Assembly (NCBI GenBank): GCA_013265495.1
Contig: MU057777.1
Coordinates: forward strand, 1 to 64,000
Origin: Vicugna vicugna
Taxonomy: Eukaryota
Reading direction: 5' to 3'
Length of the DNA stretch: 64,000 nucleotides
Shown here: piece after piece, positions 12,401 through 24,892 of the stretch
Layout of the letters: each line of letters begins with the position of its first letter
Position numbering within the stretch: the stretch's first letter is position 1
Made by a program: the position numbers and the translations under genes
Notes under the pieces: model-generated
Told to the model about the DNA's origin: nothing
The model's input: the letters and a program-made list of their open reading frames with translations, nothing else
Databases searched by the model: none

Positions 12401-15400
12401 ATTGGGTTGCTTTTTTCTTTTTGATATAGAGTTTTCTGAAATGTTTATAAACTTTGGATATTAACCTCTTATTGTCATATCATTTGCAAATATTTCCTTC
12501 CATCCAATAGGCTGTCTTTTCGTTTTGCCAATGGTTTCCTTTTCTGCGCAATATCTTTTAAGTTCAACTAGGTCCCCCATTTGTTTTTGTTTTTGTTTTT
12601 TGCTTTGGTATCTTTTACCTTAGGAGAAAGATGCAAAAGAAACAAATTGCTATGATTTAGGTCAAAGGGTTCTGCCTATCTTCTTTTCTAGGAGTTTTAT
12701 GGTTTTAGGTCTTACATTTAGGTCTTTAATCCACTTTGAGTTAATTGTTTGCATATGGTGTGAAAAAGTTTTATAATCTCATTGTTTTACATGTAGCTGT
12801 CCACTTTCCCCAGCACTACTTATTAAAGACACGGTCTTTTTCCATTATATAGTCTTGCCTCGTTTGTCATATATTAATTGACTGTAAGCGCATTGGTTTA
12901 TTTCTTGACTCTCTATTCTGTTCCATTGATTTATGTGTCTGTTTTTGTGCCAATATTATGCTGTTTTGATGCCAGTAGCTTTGTAGTATAGTCTGAAGTC
13001 AGAGTATGTGATACCTCCAGGTTTGTTCTTTTTCTCTCAAGATTACTTTGACATTTCAGAGTCTTTCATAGTTCCATATGCATTTTAGGATTACTTGTTC
13101 TAGTTTTGTGAAAAATGTCATGGGTATTTTGATAGGGTTTGCACTAAATCTGTAGATTGCTTTGGGCAATGTGGAAATTTTAACATTATTAATTCTCCCA
13201 GTTCAACATTACAAGATATCTTTCCATTTCTTTATACCATTTTCAAATTCCCTAATCAATATTTTATAGTTTTTAGAGAATAGGCTTTTCACCTCCTTGG
13301 TTAAGTTTATTCCAAGGTATTTTATTTTTTTTATATGATTGTAAATGGGATTGTTTCCTTAATTTCTCTTTCTAATAGTTTATTATTAGAGTATAGGTAA
13401 ACCATAGATTACTGCAGATTCATCATGTATCCTGCAACTTTATTGCATTCATTTATTATTTCTAATAGATATTGAAACAAAAACATGTATGCAGCTTTTC
13501 ATAGCAAAAGTATTCATACTAGCTAAAAGGTAAAAACAACACAAATATCCATTTGATTATTGGATAAACAACATGTGATATATGCATACAATGAAATATT
13601 ATTCATCAACAAAAAGGAATGAAGTCCTGATACATACCAAAAAAAATGAACCTTGAGACATTATACTAAGTAAAAGAAGCCAAACACAAATGACCACACA
13701 TTGTATGATTCCATTTACATAAAGTGCCCCAAATAAACAAGCGCATAGAGACAGAAAGATTAGTGGTTCCAGGGGATGGGAAGAGGAGTAAATGGGGAGA
13801 AACTGCTTAATGTGAGCACAGTTTCCTTTCTGTGTGATGAAAATGTTCTGAAAATAGATAGGGGTGGTGATTGCACAATGCTGTGGCTGTACTAAAAAAC
13901 AATGACTCATGCATTTAAAAATAGTTTAAATGGTGAGCTTTATATTATGTGAATTTTATCTCAGTTTTTAAAAATTGGGCTTTTAATTGAAATTGCATTT
14001 AATTTGTATTACTATTTGAACAAATTTCATTTTTATGACGTGAATTCATCCCATCAGAGGACTTGATTTGTATATTTGTTTGGGTATCATCTTCTGTTCT
14101 TTTTGTTTTTTAAAATTGAGATATGATTGTCATACAACATTGTTTATTTAGGTTTAAGGTATACAACATGTTGATTTGATACATTTATATATTGCAATAT
14201 GATTACCCCCATAGCATCAGCTAACACCTTTATCCCATAAAATAATTATTATTTCTTTTTTGTGGTGATAACAGTGAAGATCTAATGTATTAGAAACTTT
14301 GAAATTTATAATAGAGTATGGTTGACAATAATCACAATACTGTGGATTAGATTTCCTGGGCTTACTTATCCGCCAGTTACAAGTTTTTACTCTTAAATAA
14401 CATCTCCCCATTTCCTCCAGTCCTCAGCCTCTTGTGACCACGATTCTAATCTCAGTTTTTATGAGTTTGGCTTTTCATGATTCCACATGTAAGTGATGTC
14501 ATACAATGTTTGTCTTTCTCTGTGCAGCCTGTCTCACTTAACATAATGCTCTTAAGATCCATTCATGTTGGCTCAAATAGCAGGATTTCCTTCTTTCTCA
14601 TGGCTGAGTAATATTCCAGTGTATGTGTGTGTATAAAACCACATCTTCTTTATCCAGCCTTTTGCTGACAGATGCTTAGGTTATCAACCTAAGTGCCTGT
14701 CTTATGTTCTTTCATGATATTTTATTTTGTTATGCTTTTTTATTTGTTCTATACACTTTGTATTAAATTATTGCTAAATATTTTATACTTTTGTTACTAT
14801 TGTAAATTTAATATGCTGCTAATATCCATTTATTTCTGGTTATTGCTAGCATATAAAAGTTATTTCTAAAATGTTTGACTTGTATTTAGCCACCTTATCA
14901 AAAATAGCTCATTAATTCTAGAAATTTTTCCTATACTTTCTTGGTTTTTCTAGGTATATAATTATATTGTTGCTTCTCTTCCAATAATACTGATTGCTTT
15001 ATGTTTTTGTCTTTTTCCACTTGGTAAAATCTCAAAAACAATGTCAACTATAATAGTAATTGTAGGCATTCCTGTTTTGTTACTAAATATAATGTAAAAA
15101 ACGTAGACTCACTGTTTTAAATGGTGTTTTTACTTGTCTTACTGGTTAGTACATTCAGCACAATGTTAAAGAACAGTAGGGATCATGATTATCCTCATCC
15201 TTTAGTGGTTTTAAAAGAAATAGCTCTAACATTTCATCTTTTAAAATGATGCTTGCTGAAAATGTTTGATTGATACTTTTTATCAAGTTAAGGAAATTAA
15301 TAAATTTAATCATTTGACAAATATTTACTAAGTGTCAGGTACTATTCTAGACACTTGAGACACATCAGGGAATAAAAAATGGGCAAAAACTTTCTGTTCT

Positions 15401-18400
15401 AGCAGAGCTTACATTTTAGTTAGGGAGGACAGTAAATAAGCAAGATTTAAAAGCAAAATATAAACTATTTTAGATGATGACAAATACTAAGAAAAACTAA
15501 ATCAAGGGAGGAAAGTAGTGGGTGTTAGGGACAGGGTAGAGGTTGCAATGTCAGGTAAGGTGGTCAGAGAAAGCCCTTACTTAGGAGAAGATAACAGATA
15601 AAAAGACCTGAAAAAAGAGGGGGAGCAGGCCATGTGCATATATCAGGAAAAGCACTCTATTTAAGGGCAGACCAAGTTAAAAGGCCCTGGGGTGGCAGCT
15701 TGTCAGGTCTATTTGAAGAACAACAAGGAGGTCAGTGTGAAGCAAAGTAAGGAAGAGAGTAGGAAGAGGTGATGAGACAGGTAAGGTGGGGTCAGATCAT
15801 ATTGGCCCTTGTAGACAGACTATACTGTGAGGACTTGAGCTCTGAGTCTGAATGAGATGGGAACATTGCAAGGTAATGAGTAAGGGAGAGACATAATATA
15901 CTTACATTTTAACATGATTGTTCTGACAGCAGGTAGATAATAGACAAGGAGTATGAGGGATAAGCTTGGCAGTGGGAGACTAATAAAAAGCTGCTGCAGT
16001 AATACAGGCTTTGCACCAGGCAGGGAGCAATGGAGAGGGTGAGCAATAGACAGATTCTGGGTACATGTTGAAAGGTAGACTGGCTGGAGTTGCCTATGGA
16101 TCAAATGTGGATATAGAGAGAAAGAGGAACCAACGAAGATGGCTAAGTGTCTGGTTGAACCATTTCCAGTTACTAATGGGGGGTTCTATGAATAGGAATT
16201 GATTTTCATTGAATACTTTCTGGGCATCTATTCATGGTCATACAGTTTTCCTTATCTAAGTTGTTAATGTGGTGAATTACATTATTACATTATTTTATTT
16301 TATCATGCTAAATTAACTTTGTATTACCTAAGAGGCTGATATCTGGGCTACTTTCCCCCATCTTCTTCATCCTCTTTATTTTTTTATGTGTTTTTTAATT
16401 TGGAGCCATGTGTTTTCATACTATTTATCTTTGAAAATGTATTACCACCATATCTTCCACCAAGTAGGCTTTTAGGAGCAAATATAGGGACCTAACTGCT
16501 GTTTGAAACATTGTTTCTATGGGTAAATGAGTTTTGAATTCCAGATACCTGATTTCCTGGTGAAATTTAGAAACTAAAGTATTCTCAGATTGGGGAAAAG
16601 ACGTATTTCCAATGAGAGATTTCTCAGGACCTTAAATTTCCAGCAGTTTTCCAAAATCTCCAGTCTCAGTAGAATGCAAGCTAGGACACCTGGTCTCTGT
16701 CTTATTATGTGTGAATGATAGTGCAGTGATGTTTCTTTTTAAGGTATCCTCACCTGAGTCCCAAGAACAAGGAGTCCTTTGATGTGGGATGTAATCTCTT
16801 TGCCAAGTTTTCTGCATACATTAAGAATACACAAAAGGAGGCAAATAAGAGTAAGATATCATTTTTTGAATTTTTCTCCAATCTTTTTTTAATTGAAATA
16901 TATTTTATTTACAATTTTGTGTTAGTTTCAGGTGAATAGCAAAGTGATTCATCTATATATAATCTTTTTAATTATATATATAATCTTTTTCAGATTATTT
17001 TCCATTATAGGTTATTACAAGGTATTAAATATAGTTCCCTGTGCTATACAGAAGAAACTTGTTGTATTTTATATGTAGAAGTGTTTATCTGTTAATTCCA
17101 AACTCCTAATTTATCCCTTCACCCCCCCACCCCCTTTCCCCTTTGGGAACCATAAGATAGTTTTCTATGTCCGTGAGTCTGTTTCTGTCTTATAAATAAG
17201 TTAATTTGTATCATTTTTTAAAGATTCCACATATAAGTGATATTATATGATTATTGTCTTTGCCTGACATACTTCACTTATTATGATAATCTCTAGGTCT
17301 ATCCATGTTGCTGCAAGTGACATTATTTTATTCTTTTTTATTCCATTGTATATACATACCACATCTTCTTTATCTAGTCATCCATTGATGGACATTTAGG
17401 TTGCTTACATGTCTTGGCTATTGTAAATAGTTCTGCTGTGAACATTGGGGTGCATGTATCTTTTTGAATTAGATTTTTTATCTTTTATGGATATATGCCC
17501 AGGAGTGGCATTGCTGGATCATATGGTAACTCTATTGTTAGTTTTTTAAGGAACCTCTATACTGTTCTCCATAGTGGCTGCACCAAACTGCATTCCCACC
17601 AGCAGTGTAGGAGGGTTCCCCTTTCTCCACAGCCTCTCCAGCATTTGTCATTTGTGGACTTTTGAATGATGGCCATTCTGACTGGTGTGACGTGATACCT
17701 CATTGTAGTTTTGATTTGCATTTCTCTAATAATTAGTGATGTTGAGCATCTTTTCATGTGCATGTTGGCTATCTGTATGTCTTCTTTGGAGAAATGTTCT
17801 CTCCTCTGAAATTCCTTTGTATGAAGTTTTATTGCCTTTAGAACCTAAGATTCAATATAGCAATTACCAACCTTGCACAATTAGAACATTGACATGCCAG
17901 ATGTGAAATAACTGCAGGATTGTATTTCTTAACCCCCGCAACTTTCCCAGTCCTGTGTACCTCTAAGATTTCTGAAACCATAGCACCTACCATCTCCCAC
18001 AAGCATTCTTGAATAGGTTTACTATTCTCTGAGTCATGAGAGCTATTATTTTCTGATTCCACTTTCTGACTCTTCTATGTTAAGTAATAATATATATTAC
18101 TTTTCTTTCTTTCTTTGACTCCTCCCAATGTAACTCCTCAATAAAAGTCCAAAAATATTTCCACTCGCTATTTGATTAAACATCTGATTCTGTATTATTA
18201 GGGGGTAGCTAAGCATTCTAGTTAACTATATATATTTTGAAGAGCCAGTGTAAACAGTGTGTATAGACAGAGATATCTAAGTATATGAAAAACATTTTGA
18301 GAATGTATTTAGTCATGAAGACAGTACATTTATAAGTAACCCTATGACTTCATTGCCTCAGATTTTGAAAAATCTCTGATTAGAGAATTTAAGCGTCTGG

Positions 18401-19476
18401 ATGACTACTTAAACACCCCACTTCTGGATGAAATTGATCCAGACAGTGCTGAGGAACTCACAGTTTCCAGAAGATTGTTCTTGGATGGGGATCAGCTGAC
18501 ACTGGCTGACTGCAGTTTGTTACCAAAACTGAATATTATTAAAGTAAGTGTTTATAGGGCAGGCTGAATGATTGGGAGCAATTTGGGAGTTGCCAGCGGG
18601 AAGCACAGTGACCATTCAGTGTGAGGTTTTTATATGATGACTTCGTCATCATCATTATGCATAGTGTATGTCTCCTTTTTCTCCTCAGAGGAAAAGTCCA
18701 GAATTATCTCCTCTGGGAAGCATAAAAACTGCCTGTTTCTTTCTTCCTAAAGTGTTTTCTACTGCCTTGTCTATAGAACAAGGGTAATACTACCCATTTC
18801 ATGGAATAGTTGAGAAAATTAAATAAATTAAGGTATGTGAAATACTTAGAACAGTGTCTGGATCATAACAAGTGACAATAATGTGGGCTATTAATATTAT
18901 GATATAAACATTAATTTAACAAATTTGTACTGAACAGAACTTATTCTATCTCAGGTGCTATGCCAGACACAGAGAATACATAAAAAATAAGACACTGTCA
19001 GGACCCTAAAGAAACTTTTAGTCCTGGGGAGAAATATGTGCTTTTTCCTGTGCTTCCTTCTTCTATACATATTCATAATTAAATACAGCATAGATATAAA
19101 TATGATTAAAAGCATAGAGTTTCGTCTACATTTGTAGACAAAATATTAAAGTAGTAAATCCAAGATTCTTTAAATTTATTTTGTAGTACTTTTTGTGCAG
19201 ATAACATGTCCTTGATGATCTTGACTCTTGAGATATGTTTTTATACACTAGGTATATTACTGATTCCTCTTATTACCAACTGATTTTTTCTTCTTTTTTC
19301 CCCCAAAACCCTAGGTTGCTGCAAAGAAATACCGTGACTTTGACATTCCAGGAGAATTCTCAGGTGTCTGGCGCTATCTCCACAATGCTTATGCCCGTGA
19401 AGAATTTACCCACACATGTCCTGAAGACAAAGAAATTGAAAATACCTATGCAAGTGTGGCTAAACAGAAGAGTTAG
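760..19476 (+). CDS. CLIC2: Chloride intracellular channel protein 2 (GST-fold CLIC family), spliced CDS join(760-816,8137-8246,8372-8497,16744-16850,18362-18543,19315-19476), 744 nt = 247 aa + stop
   Basis: Six exons with GT-AG boundaries and consistent phases give an uninterrupted [47 protein letters not shown]...[10 protein letters not shown]. It carries the CPFC motif and closely matches human CLIC2 as recalled. Confidence 0.98.
3444..4399 (+). mobile_element. 5'-truncated young LINE-1 (ORF2 C-terminus, 3' UTR, A tail)
   Basis: ORF2 C-terminal peptide ([22 protein letters not shown]); perfect 15-bp target-site duplication AAAACTATTAGATGG at 3429-3443 and 4400-4414. Confidence 0.93.
5230..5470 (+). 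mobile_element. MLT1-type (ERVL-MaLR) solo LTR fragment
   Basis: MLT1-like text: gtccaagatcaaggtg...catgacctcatctaaacct...cacattgggggttaacacttcaatatatga. Confidence 0.7.
5725..6700 (-). mobile_element. Old L1M-type LINE-1 3' end
   Basis: Begins ttttattgaggtataatttacat; continues with degenerate antisense L1 3' UTR and ORF2 end. Confidence 0.75.
8137..8246 (+). CDS. CLIC2: CLIC2 exon 2 ([37 protein letters not shown]), redox CxxC motif and putative TM segment
   Basis: Acceptor ttctttatcttaatag|GCT; donor CAG|GTAAGA; 110 nt. Confidence 0.97.
8372..8497 (+). CDS. CLIC2: CLIC2 exon 3 ([42 protein letters not shown])
   Basis: Acceptor ccatag|A; donor AAG|GTACAG; 126 nt; lies within ORF-track entry 8322..8513. 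Confidence 0.97.
9459..9508. repeat. (CA)n/(TA)n compound microsatellite
   Basis: cacacacaca...catatatatacacatacacac. Confidence 0.9.
10000..10141 (-). mobile_element. tRNA-Ala-derived SINE (camelid Vic-1-like)
   Basis: Reverse complement reads gatatagctcaagtggtagagtgcatgcttagcatgcatgaggtcctgggttcaatccccagtacctc (A and B boxes, tRNA-Ala(AGC)-like), followed by a tRNA-unrelated segment and A-rich tail. Confidence 0.85.
10410..13970 (+). mobile_element. Old L1M ORF2/3' end, interrupted by an MLT1 LTR and by L1 ORF1/ORF2 fragments in both orientations
   Basis: + ORF2 at about 10410-10535 and 10975-11610; + ORF1 11611-11960; - ORF1 11961-12211; + ORF2 12212-12390; - ORF2 12391-13470; + 3' UTR 13470-13970. 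Confidence 0.75.
10535..10972 (+). mobile_element. MLT1-type (ERVL-MaLR) solo LTR nested in L1
   Basis: Starts tattagtttctgagggctgccataacaaagtgccacaaac; ends gacttcaacatatgtttttggggagacacagtttaacccata. Confidence 0.8.
14105..14690 (-). mobile_element. L1MA9-like LINE-1 3' end
   Basis: Antisense 3' UTR: attgagatatgattgtcatacaacattg...tttcttttttgtggtgataacag. Confidence 0.75.
15300..16170. mobile_element. LINE-2 fragment
   Basis: catttgacaaatatttactaagtg start followed by purine-rich degenerate L2 body. Confidence 0.65.
16744..16850 (+). CDS. CLIC2: CLIC2 exon 4 ([35 protein letters not shown])
   Basis: Acceptor tttctttttaag|G; donor AGA|GTAAGA; 107 nt. Confidence 0.96.
16885..17800 (-). mobile_element. 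5'-truncated LINE-1 3' end in CLIC2 intron 4
   Basis: ORF-track 17557..17763 encodes the ORF2 C-terminus; T-rich tail starts about 35 nt after the exon 4 donor. Confidence 0.9.
18362..18543 (+). CDS. CLIC2: CLIC2 exon 5 ([61 protein letters not shown])
   Basis: Acceptor ttgcctcag|AT; donor AAA|GTAAGT; 182 nt; contains the acidic foot loop and the LTLADC motif. Confidence 0.97.
19315..19476 (+). CDS. CLIC2: CLIC2 last coding exon ([53 protein letters not shown])
   Basis: Polypyrimidine tract and ccctag|GTT acceptor; TAG stop at 19474-19476. Confidence 0.97.
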   Translation, partial: VAAKKYRDFDIPGEFSGVWRYLHNAYAREEFTHTCPEDKEIENTYASVAKQKS

Positions 19477-21277
19477 AACAGCTCTTTCAGTAGAAGAAGT
19501 TCATTTGTTTTTCACTTATCATATTAGACAGTTTCTTGGAAATAAGAATATGCAAAATATTGTTTCTTCTGTCCAACTCTCTTATGAACAATGCTATATT
19601 TTCTGTCTCTAGTTAATCCAAACTATCTGCTCATTGTGTATTTTAAAGGTCTCCATGTTTTCACTTAATTTTTAAAATTCCTATTACACAACTATTGTAA
19701 TCTTAAATGACATGGAAATCATAAAGATCTTTTGTTATTTGATTAAATTCCTAGAATGCAGAATGCATCATGTCAATAGATGGTTGAAGTTACAAATGAC
19801 ATATAGCCACAATCTCAAACTGTTCCTTAGAAACATTTCCATCTAAATCATTAAAAACAATTTTACATTTTTGCTAGTTTAATACATGCATAAGTTTATT
19901 TATGATGTGAATAATGAATCAGAGAGTGAGCATATTAGAGAGGCAAATCTTAAAAGAATGATTTTTTAAAAATCAGCTCTAGGAAAAGATCAAGATCAAG
20001 ACCTAGAAATATGACTAACTCATAGTCAGAGATGAGAATATGAACTTTATGACCAGATTACATTGTTGTTAAATGAGCAAGCACTCATTAGATAAAACAT
20101 AGTAATATTTTTTTAAATATTAGAAGCAAAAATATGGCAAAGTTGCAAAGGAAATTAGATCTTTTATTCAACAGAAATAAGAAAGAAACTAAGCAGTTTG
20201 ACTGACCAAAAGGTGTTGTTGTTATCCATTAAAGGATAAAGCAAACCATTCTTAAAGGATAATCACAAATCTTTCTATAGGATTTAAAATATTCCATTAC
20301 TATATGAACTCAAATTTACATGTTAAAATACAATCAAATCACTCAAATTTGAAAACAAAGTCTGAACTTAACTCTTGGTCCTTAAGTCTTATCCAACTGC
20401 ACAGGTATTGATATAGCTTAGAATTACCCTCCTAGGGAAAAGGATTATTACCTTCTTAAATCAATACAATTCAATTCAGTAACTAGTTACTGAGTACTTA
20501 ATATGTTATTAACTATTATTTAGTTTTTTTATTCTTCACAACAACCTTATGAAATATGTAAAGAAAAGTCTGCCTCATGCCCAAGGAACAGTCCCTATTT
20601 TCAGAAAACATGCAGTTCAATAATAGAGACAGGTAATTAAACATGCAACTATAATACACGTGTTATGAAAAGAGTAAGTACAAGATTATATAACAGAAGT
20701 ACATCCTTATGTGTTCCCCCAGCCTGACTTCAAACAGTTCTACTTGGTCATAATGACTACTAGTGGAAAGTATTCCTTGATTAGGCCTTTATTCTGTTCC
20801 TTGGGAGTAACTCTTTCAGTCTATCTTTATGAATGAATATTGGTGTTTTCCTTTATAAAAACCTTTCCTTTTATGTTATCCCTTTTGGTAATATTTGAAG
20901 GTAGTATTTAAATAGTGGGCTGTAGTTTGGGACCGAGAAGATCTCTGGGCATACTTCTTATCCATGAAAGGGCTATTTTAAAATCCACAACCGTCATATT
21001 TTCTATTAGTTCAGACTTATTTTTATTTTGGCAGTACATTTTTCTAAAATGTTTTTGACTTTTTAGCAATTTTTTTCATTGGATGTGTGCATTTAATATG
21101 GAACTGATGTGAAGTAAGCACCTTGTCTGTATTTTCAACTTTGAAGAATGAAAAAATGCATATACAATTACTATATTTTGCTTCATACATTAGGAAAAAA
21201 TACTAAATCAATCTTGGTTTCCACATTTACAAAGATCAAATACACATGAAAGCCCAGTTCAATCTTGCTCAATATAT

Positions 21278-21660
21278 TAGCTTGCTCAGGGCTGCTGTAA
21301 AAAAAAAACAAACCATAGACTAGTTGGCTTAAAGAATAGAATTTTATTTTCTCACAGTTCTGGAAACTAGAAGTTCAGATAAAAGTGCTAATATGGTCGG
21401 TTTCTGGTGAGAGCTCTTTTCCTGGATTGTAGACATGTGCTTTCTTACTGTATCCTTAAAAAGCAGAAAGAGAGTGAGAGAGAGCGCCTATGTTGTCTCT
21501 TCTTCTAAGAGCACTAATCTCATCATGAGGACCCTTCTATCATGACCTCATGTAAACCTAATTATCTCCCAAAGGACTCATCTCCAAATATCATCACATT
21601 GAGATTAGTGCTTCAACATATGAATTTGAGGGGAGGGGAGACACAATTCAATATATAGCA
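21278..21660 (+). mobile_element. MLT1-type solo LTR
   Basis: tattagcttgctcagggctgctgtaa...ttctcacagttctgga...cttcaacatatgaatttgaggggaggggagacacaattca. Confidence 0.8.
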
Positions 21661-23279
21661 TTCAGGAATACAAAAACCACCAAAAGACTAAAGAGGTGGT
21701 TTGTCGTTTATTTTTTGTTTGATTTAGTATTTCTCATATTGGTCCCATTATAGAGTATTCCCAGAAGGAGATGAGATCAATAAATATTTTTCCCTTTAAA
21801 CAATGCCCATGATCCTTATGGATCACTTGTTTATTGTTTTCCTCACAGGCATCCTTGAGAAAGTAGGCCTGTATTTCCTGTGCACCGTCTCTGGAGGTCT
21901 TATCTTTCTATTATGCATCTTTACTTCCAAAGTGACCTTTGTCCAGGACATGAAAGGAGTTTTCTGGTGTATAAATTTCAAGTTGGGCAAAAAAAAGCTA
22001 CACGACCAGGATGAAGAGGAAAATCACAACAATGACAGTTCTTCTGGCTCCTCTTTCCGTCATTTTACTCACACGTATCCAGCCTCAAGTAGCATGTTTT
22101 GCCCTGAACTGACTGCAGCTTTAGAGAGTGCAGCTAAGGAAAGAAACCAAGAAAGAGATAAAATCTGGATAGCCAAGGAATCTAGTCCTTGTGCCATTTA
22201 CAAAATCAAATCTGCCACAAAATAAAATGAACCAGGATGTGCTATTTACCTGAATTCCAAGTGTAAAGACAGATGATTATGTTTTAAATATAGAAATGCC
22301 ATAAAATACTGGGTAATACTGATGGAAAAATATTATTGTTGATATATCCATTTTAAAAGGTCTGATTTACATAAATACTGTTATAAATTTTCAGTTTACA
22401 GTAATGTCCCAGAAGCTATATGACCATACTAAATTGTTTAGCAAGATCTGTAAAAAGGAAAAGAGAAATGAGGTCATTCATGTGAAAATTTGTTAATAAG
22501 CACGGGAGTAAGCCCTGGAATTTTTGGGAAATACAGAAAGAAATTACAACATGTAAGTCTACTAGACTATCTATACAAATGAGTTCACCTGATGAAAAAA
22601 TATTTTTAAGTGTATATTTAAGATTTCACAGAGGCTCAAAGATGAGGCTAGAATCGACTGTTGTAGGATGACTAGAAGTTTGCTAGGCACAGAGGTAGGG
22701 GCAAGCATACGGGGGGAGTTGCAAATAGTTCTATATAAGATAATGCATAGAGAATGATGTGACTAGAGAGTGCAGTTTTTAAGGGTCACTCTGGGTTCAT
22801 TGTGGACATTCAGTTTGGAGCAAGAACAAGTGTGAAAGTCAGGAACCTGTTATGAAGAACATTTTCAAAGCTTTTAGAAATATTTCACTAAAAGGATATA
22901 AATACATTTTAATCTGTATCTATGGCTATTCCAATTTAAACCTGTATTGATATTGATAAATTGCCCACCAAATGTACTCCCATAGCATAAACACACACAA
23001 ATCAGTGCTTATTCCCCCACATCCTAACAGTGCATATTAAAATCCAAAAGGAAACTACCCCAAAAATAATTTTCACCTTCCCTTCTATAAGCCTCCAGTT
23101 CTTTGTACATCTTTATTTATAGTATTCCCCCTCATGTCTGAAACTGTTAAGCACAATTTCTTCTCAAGATCATCTCACAAGAATTGCAAGAAGTGTGTGT
23201 TTATTTCTGAATGCTTTCTCTTTAAAAATATTTCAGACATACAAATAGTATAGATGTGGTTAAAGTCCCTGTTTATTCT

Positions 23280-23553
23280 TTTTTTCCAAACATTTCTTTT
23301 ATTGAGTGATAGGCATTTTACAATGTTGTGTCAAATTCCAGTGTAGAGCACAATTTTTCAGTTATACATGAACATACATATTTTTGTCACATTTTTTTTC
23401 GCTGTGAGCGACCACAAGAAATAAACTGTCTGTTCTGCATATGCCTGTCAGTATCTACAAATTTTGAAATCCCAGTCTGTACTTTCCCATTCACTGCCCC
23501 TTGGCAACCACAAGTTTGTATTCTACGTCTATGAGTCTGTTTCTGTTTTGTAT

Positions 23554-23600
<47 letters not shown>

Positions 23601-24640
23601 GATTACGCACATGAGTGATCTCATATGGTATTTTTCTTTCTCTTTCTGGCTTACTTCAACTAGAATGACATTCTCCAGGGACATCCATGTTGCTGCAAGT
23701 AGTGGTTTCTTGTCTTTTTTTATGGCTGAATAGTATTCCATTGTATAAATATACCACTTCTTCTTTACCCAGTCATCCGTTGATGGACATTTAGGCTGCT
23801 TACATGTCTTTGCTATTGTACATAGTGCTGCTGTAAACATTGCGGTGCAGGTGTCTTTTTGAAGTAGGGTTCCTTCTGGATTTATGCCCAGGAGTGGGAT
23901 TCCTGGGTCATATGGTAAGTCTATTCCTAGTCTTTTGAGGAATCTCCACACTGTTTTCCACAGTGGCTGCACCAAACTGCATTCCCACCAGCGGTGAAGG
24001 AGGGTTCCCTTTTCTCCACAGCCTCTCCAGCATTTGTCATTTGTGGATTTTTGAATGATGACCATTCTGACTGGTGTGAGGTGATACCTCATTGTAGTTT
24101 TGATTTGCATTTCTCTGATAATTAGTGACACTGAGCATTTTTTCATGTGCCTATTGATCATTTGTACATCTTCATTGGAGAATTTCTTGTTTAGGTCTTC
24201 TGCCCATTTTTGGATTGGGTTGTTTGCTTTTTTCTTATTAAGTCATATGAGCTGCTTATATATTCTGGAGATCAAGCCTTTGTCAGTTTCATCTGCAAAA
24301 TTTTCTCCCATTCCATATGTTGTCGTTTTGTTTTACTTATGGTTACCTTTGCTGTGCAGAAGCTTATAAGTTTCATTATGTCCCATTTGTTTATTCTTGT
24401 TTTTATTTCTATTGCTTGAGTAGACTGTTCTAGGAGAACATTTTTGAGATGTATGTGAGATAATGTTATGTTTATATTTTCTCCTAGGAGGTTTATCGTA
24501 TCTTGTCTTATGTTTAAGTCTTTGATCCATTTTGAGTTGATTTTTGTGTATGGTGTAAGGGAGTGTTCTAGCTTCATTGATTTACATGCTGCTCTCCAGT
24601 TTTCCCAACATCATTTGCTGAAGAGACTGTCTTTATTCCT
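23280..24640 (-). mobile_element. Young 5'-truncated LINE-1 (ORF2 C-terminus and 3' UTR with internal (TTTA)n)
   Basis: ORF-track 23598..24161 and 24272..24577 encode ORF2 C-terminal peptides. Confidence 0.92.
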
Positions 24641-24892
24641 GGATCAAGCGTAATTTTGATGCTGCTAACATTTTCCTTTCCCCAGACCATTAGTGATGGT
24701 GAGGGTTCCTTTCCTAGTAAATTGGGTCGGTGAATCTCATGTTCTTTTTGGAAGTGGGCCATGTATAAATGATAAATATAAATTTAGTGATTGGCCTAGA
24801 CTGTAACTTCCTTGACTACAGAAGGATGAAATTTTGTTTCACATCCCTAGTATCTAGCACATTGTCTGGCACACAGATATTTGTTGAGTATC

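Noticed and set aside
19235..19612. 125-aa ORF over CLIC2 exon 6
   Set aside because: Alternative frame of the real exon, starting in the intron, with no recognisable homology.
21803..22225. 140-aa ATG ORF with a hydrophobic N-terminus downstream of CLIC2
   Set aside because: No recognisable family, splice structure or promoter; its length is compatible with chance. A conservation or Ribo-seq check would be needed to revive it.
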